Source: Adineta vaga
Taxonomy: Eukaryota > Animalia > Rotifera
Length of the DNA stretch: 64,000 nt
Assembly (NCBI GenBank): GCA_021613535.1
Contig: CP075496.1
Span: 2,852,001 to 2,916,000, forward strand
Direction of reading: 5' to 3'
A model generated the notes under the pieces. That model had not been told where the DNA came from, did no database searches, and saw nothing but the letters and a program-made list of their open reading frames with translations. Positions 58,543 through 64,000 of this stretch are shown here, in pieces (within the stretch, counting starts at the first letter, position 1; every line of letters begins with the position of its first letter). A program made the translations under genes and the position numbers.

Positions 58543-60504
58543 ATGACAAAGTTCAGGTACAAGTAATTGTCAGGTTATTTATTTGATAAAAATAGAAAGA
58601 TTTCATTTCTTATTTAGTATTCGAACATTCTATAAAAATCCAAAATGGACTGGTCAAACAGCGACGGAGTAATAAAGAAAAATTCATGGGCCATATCAGA
58701 TTATTTTCCCTAATTTTAGACTTGAACATTTGCAAAGTTTAATTGATTTACGTCGACGTCGAAGTGAAGATCATACAAATTTGAAAAGTCGAAGAAAACG
58801 TAATGGCCAAGTTACTTCTCGAATTGTTATTAATGTTGGTGGTTTACGTTTTGAAACATTAAAATCAACACTTGAACGTTATCCTCAAACATTACTTGGT
58901 AATAAACGTCGTCGATCCTTCTTCTATGATGAAAATCATGATGAATATTTTTTCGATCGTCATCGTTCATGTTTCGAAGCAATTCTCTATTTTTATCAAT
59001 CACATGGACGTCTTCGTCGACCAGAAAATATACCATTAGATATATTCTTAGAAGAAATCAATTATTTCGATCTCGGTTCGGATGCACTTCAACAAGTTCG
59101 AAAAGATGAAGATTTAGAAGAAGTAAAAAAAGTTCAATTACCACACAATCGATTCTGTCGTCATCTATGGGCAAATTTAGAATATCCACAATATTCAATG
59201 ACAGCAAAAATTATCAATATATTTTCAATGATTTTTATATCAATATCTGCAATTGAACTTGCTCTTGAAACATTACCAAAGTATCGACTTACTTATAATA
59301 GTCAATGTGAACAAGAAGGAGATGGTATTGAAAGAATTTAAAACTCATCGATTTATCTTATTCGAGTGAGATAAGAATAGACCATTTCGCCTAAATAGAA
59401 AATACTCTCATTATCATTTAGTACTAAAGCATTTTTTTCTAGGTTTATTAATTGATAATAACAATACATCAACTCCACATCTTTGCCCACCAAATTTCTA
59501 TTCACCATTCTTCATTATTCAATCTATTTGTATTGCTTTTTTTACAATCGAATTTCTTCTACGTTTAATATCTTGTCCATCATATTTGAACTTTATTCGA
59601 TCACTTCTTAATTGGATCGATTTACTTGCTATTAGTAAATATTATTCATTATGAATAAATCAATTGTATTCTTTTTCGAATTTTAGTTCCTTACTATGTA
59701 ATATTAACAATCAATCTACTCGGTTTTCATCGAGAAATTTCACCTAAAACGTATTTTTTGCTGAGTCTTTTACGCATATTTCGTTTCATGCGTGTATTTA
59801 AACTTTATCGAATATTTCAACATGTGAAATCATTACGTGTACTTGCCTGTACGTTGAAAGAATCCATACCGGATTTTATCATATTATTATCATTTTTAAC
59901 CATAAGTGGTTTTTTATTTGGTGCAGCAATTTATTTTGCTGAAAATGAGGTGAATGAAAATGTTTATGATTCCATACCAAAAGCAACTTATTATGCAATA
60001 ATAACATTGACAGCAGTCGGGTAAATATATTTACTAAATTATAATGTACTTCTCCGATAGAAGTTATCTTTTTTGCTTTTTAGATATGGTGATCTAACTC
60101 CTATAACTCCACTTGGACGAGGTCTAGCATGTTTAGGTTCTATTTATGGTATATCAATTGTCTCAATGCTTGTTTCAGTTCTTGTTGATGGTTATCAACG
60201 AGTTTATTCACGAAAACGTTTTCTCAGAGAAGATTATGCAGACAATATCATCTTTATTGATTCATCTCTACATTCAAATAATACTGGAGAATGTCTAGAA
60301 AGTCAAATGGATATTAATAAACAATTTCATGGTGTTAAAGAAGAAGATGATCAATTGCAAGAGAAAGACATCAGTGATCATGTATCAGGAAAAGTTCGTT
60401 TTATTCTTGGTTATGTATCTGACGATGACATTGATAATGATTCGGATACAAATAATAACAAAGAATATGCATGTAATCAAGAAACTACAAAATCAATACT
60501 TTGA
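58543..60504 (+). CDS. Shaker-family channel subunit, divergent, copy 2
   Basis: RIVINVGGLRFET T1 domain, S4 SLLRIFRFMRVFK, filter TAVG|YGD; two short 5' exons inferred. Confidence 0.93.
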
Positions 60505-60907
60505 ATAAAAGACAGATTATCTGTTATCATAAATTTTTCTGCAATTTTTTTTCTATTCTGTGTTTAAAATCGATTAACTTAATGTAAAATATGACCTACA
60601 GTTAGTACTTAAAGTAGATATGATAAACAACACGTATTCTATTCTATTTTTGTATTTAAAACATTTAAAAGTCAAATGTCATTGCAAACAAAAATATTTG
60701 CTAATAGTTTATTACTGAATTCCATTTGATTAAAATAAAGTCTCAAATGTTAAAAGACCGACAGTGATATTTTTTATATCATTGTTTTTTCTTTTTCTTT
60801 ACTCATTCATATGAAATAGAGATAATTGAATAGAACATTCTTTCTCTCTCTCTCTCCCTCTTTCCTTCCGTCTGAATAAACAATGGAATGAAATGAATTA
60901 AATTTCA

Positions 60908-62830
60908 ATGTCTAATACTCAAAATATTTGCAAGAAACGCAAATGGACAGGTCGAACTACTTCTGGGTATCAATAGAGATATCTTTTATCTATAATTAAA
61001 TAATAATTTGTTTTCATAATTAAAGATTAGAACATATTCAAAGTATAATCGATCTTCGTCGTCATCAAGGTCTTGCATTTGCTAATCGATTATCATCGAC
61101 TCAAAGTCGAGATGATAGTAAACATGTCGATTCTCGTATTTTACTCAATATAAGTGGTTTACGTTTTGAAACATTAGAATCAACACTTGAACGTTATCCT
61201 CAAACATTACTCGGTGATAATCGTCGGCGATCTTTATTCTATGATAAAAAACATGATGAATATTTTTTCGATCGTCATCGTTTATGTTTCGAAGCAATTC
61301 TCTATTTTTATCAATCACATGGACGTCTTCGTCGACCAGAAAATGTTCCATTGGATACATTTCTAGAAGAGATAACCTTCTTTGATTTAGGTTCAGATGC
61401 ACTTCAACAAGTTCAACATGCAGAAAATTTAGAAGAAGCACAAGTTATTCATTTGCCAAAAAATCCTATTCGCCGCTTTATTTGGACAACATTAGAATAT
61501 CCTCAGTATTCTTTCTCAGCAAAGATTGTGAATATTGTTTCTTTATTTTTCATTCTTTTATCAGCTGTAGGTTTAGCTGTTGAAACTTTACCTACTTATC
61601 ATCGGGCAACAAATGATCAATGTCAATATGAAGCTGATGGTAATGTAATTCTCGATGATTTTTCGTTTCGATAATGTTTCTGTTTATTTACAGGTATATT
61701 AGTGAATATGAATATGACAGTACGAGATGGTCGATGTCCTCATATATTTAATTCGCCATTTTATATCATTCAAGCAAAATGTATTGCTTTTTTTACATTA
61801 GAATTTCTTCTTCGTCTTGCAACTTGTCCATCATATCTGAAATTTTTTAAATCCATATTAAATTGGATTGATTTAGTTGCCATCGGTAAATATATTTATT
61901 CGTTACAATTTTTTGAAGTTTATATATTTTTCTCTTTCTCTTATTAGTTCCATTTTATATTCGATCAACCATTATTCTTGTTCGAGTTCATTATCATACC
62001 AATTCAAATGTTTATCTCGTTTTACGTCTTCTTAGTATTATACGTTTTATTCGAATATTTAAACTCTATCGTGTTTTTAAAAGTATTAAATCATTACGTG
62101 TACTTGCGAGTACATTGAAGGAATCTTTACCGGATTTCGTTATTATTCTTACATTTCTTTCATTAAGTGGATTTTTATTTGGTGCAGCGTTTTATTTTAC
62201 TGAAAATTCCATGAATGAAGATATGTTTGATTCAATACCTAAAGCAACTTATTATGGAATAATGACAATTACAGCTGTCGGGTAAGATATTAAATGAAAA
62301 ACTCATCGAATATATTGAATTCTTCGCATAGGTATGGTGATCTATCTCCAGTAACACCATTAGGACGTGCATTAGCATCTCTATGTGCCATTTTTGGCAT
62401 ATCTGTTGTATCAATGCTGGTATCAGTACTTGCTGAACGGTATCAACGAGTTTATACACGAAAATTATTTTTGAATGAGAAATATTCGGATAATTTCGTT
62501 TTTCAAGATGATGAAAATCAGACTACTCCATTACCATCATCGACAAAAGGTAATCTATATCAACATCAAATATCTGATAATGTTAAACAAAGGGAAACGA
62601 ATTCAACTGTGGATGATAATTTTACATTTAAAGGAATTACAGATGATGATGATATAGATGGAAGCAATGAATCGGAAAATTCAAATGAAAAAATTCAATT
62701 GATTATTGATTTTATTTCGAATGATTCAATGGAAAATAATGAATTAATAATAACTGATGCTATTAAAGAACTTTTTCGAACGAAATTTGGAAAAGAATGT
62801 GTAGTTACTCGAACAGATTTTATTATGTAA
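60908..62830 (+). CDS. Shaker-family channel subunit, divergent, copy 3 (tandem paralog of copy 2)
   Basis: RILLNISGLRFET, S4 RLLSIIRFIRIFK, filter TAVG|YGD; core intron positions match copy 2. Confidence 0.93.
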
Positions 62831-63635
62831 AATATAATTTAAAAGGAAAAAAAGTGAACATGAAACTAATGGATTTAGTATGTTTATCGATTTTTATATT
62901 GTATATCGAAATAGCATATTTTATTTTTATATGTAAATGAAGAAATTTCCATATAGCATTAGGTGATGGTGACATCTATGTGTTGTTTGTATATTTTTAT
63001 TAGAAAGTGTAGAAAAATTTTTCAAATTCCAAAACGTTTTTAATTGATAGTTGAAATAAAATTCGAAATAAGATTGTTGTAACATTTATGTTCGATTCGA
63101 ATAATCGAACGAATAATGAAGGTTTCTTAAATTTTGACTGGTCATTTATACTTTACCCAGATCTACTATTCTGTTTATTGCACTTAACTTAACTTCGTGA
63201 TAGTTCTGCACTATTCGCTCGTATTTATTCAATCGATGGAAGCAAGTCGTACTCTGTATTTTTGTTTTTTCGTATGAAATTTTCATCCTCATCTTCAAAT
63301 TTCGTTTCAATAATCTCAATAGTGTCGTAGAATTTTCCATATCGCAAGTTTTAGTATAATCGAATGAGAGCCTTTTTCAATTGTCTGACCAACGTCGTCT
63401 GAGTACTGATTACGATCAGTCAACTCAAGCGACATTTTACAGTATAATTACTCAAAGATCATCCCTAGCTACATAATAAGATAATGATATAATACAAAGA
63501 AAAACAATAGTGATATTAAATTGTTCTATTGATATACGTGTATATTCATTTTTTTTACTGTTCGAAAAGTGAAACAGTATTCGTTTTTTTTTTCTTATAG
63601 ATTAATCATCGTCTTCTTTCGTTTAATATTTGATT

Positions 63636-64000
63636 ATGGGTTTCGGAAATAATTCACGAGGTGGCGGCGGCAGTCGAGGCCGTGGAGGTTTCAGAGGTGG
63701 TCGAGGTGGTGGTGGTGGTGACCGTGGAAGAGGTAAGACGAGAATTTTTGAAATTGATAATGTAACTTCTTTTGGTTTTCTTTAGGCCGTGGCGGTAGCG
63801 TAGGATTCGGAAGTCGCGGTGGCAGCCGTGGACGCGGTTTCAGAGGAGGTTTTGGAGACCGTGACGGCAGCCGTGGACGCGGTTCTAGAGGAGGTTTTGG
63901 TGACCGTGATGGCAGCCGTGGACGTGGTTCTAGAGGAGGTTTTGGTGACCGTGACGGCAGCCGCGGTGGTAAATTCCGTGGTGGACAAGATCGCGGTCGT
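63636..64000 (+). CDS. 5' end of an RGG/GAR-domain protein (fibrillarin- or GAR1-like), truncated by the window
   Basis: [25 protein letters not shown], intron at about 63733-63785, then further RG/FGG repeats. No diagnostic domain lies in the window. Confidence 0.75.
63821..63966 (+). repeat. Coding 45-bp tandem repeat, about 3.2 copies (GSRGRG[F/S]RGGFGDRD)
   Basis: Units start with ggcagccg at 63821, 63866, 63911 and 63956 (partial). Confidence 0.92.

Noticed and set aside
63146-63340. 64-aa ORF between Kv copy 3 and the RGG gene
   Set aside because: No recognisable motif or intron support.
63782-63988. Thr/Ala-rich minus-strand ORF
   Set aside because: Antisense shadow of the RGG-coding exon.

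Overview
AT-rich, gene-dense eukaryotic DNA with many short (about 45-65 nt) GT-AG introns. This architecture and gene content are most consistent with a bdelloid rotifer (inference). About 24 protein-coding genes can be reconstructed: LRRC69-like (partial), cytosolic Hsp70, AP-1 gamma adaptin, CCDC85, an M14 carboxypeptidase, SLC35F6, an SLC46-like MFS transporter, LRRC74-like, exportin-1, CK2 alpha, SNX1/2, a three-Ig GPI-type protein, an intronless kelch protein, VMAT, a TRPC channel, HROB, RAP1GDS1, three Shaker-family Kv genes, a double Ly6/uPAR-like protein, an RGG-rich (fibrillarin/GAR1-like) gene start and several orphans. The most notable signal is the Kv cluster: all three genes lack the PVP gate (LVS instead), have altered filters (TSVGYGE, TAVGYGD), two have a neutralised S4 charge, two share an apparent gene-conversion tract over T1, and one lies head-to-head with a Ly6-like GPI gene. 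Also notable: two divergent paralogs of an unrecognised polytopic membrane family bracket the TRPC gene; operon-like spacing with apparently unpaired splice acceptors; an intron that splits the Hsp70 EEVD motif; and 7- and 14-nt microexons. Exon boundaries were read by eye and family calls come from recalled motifs, not searches.
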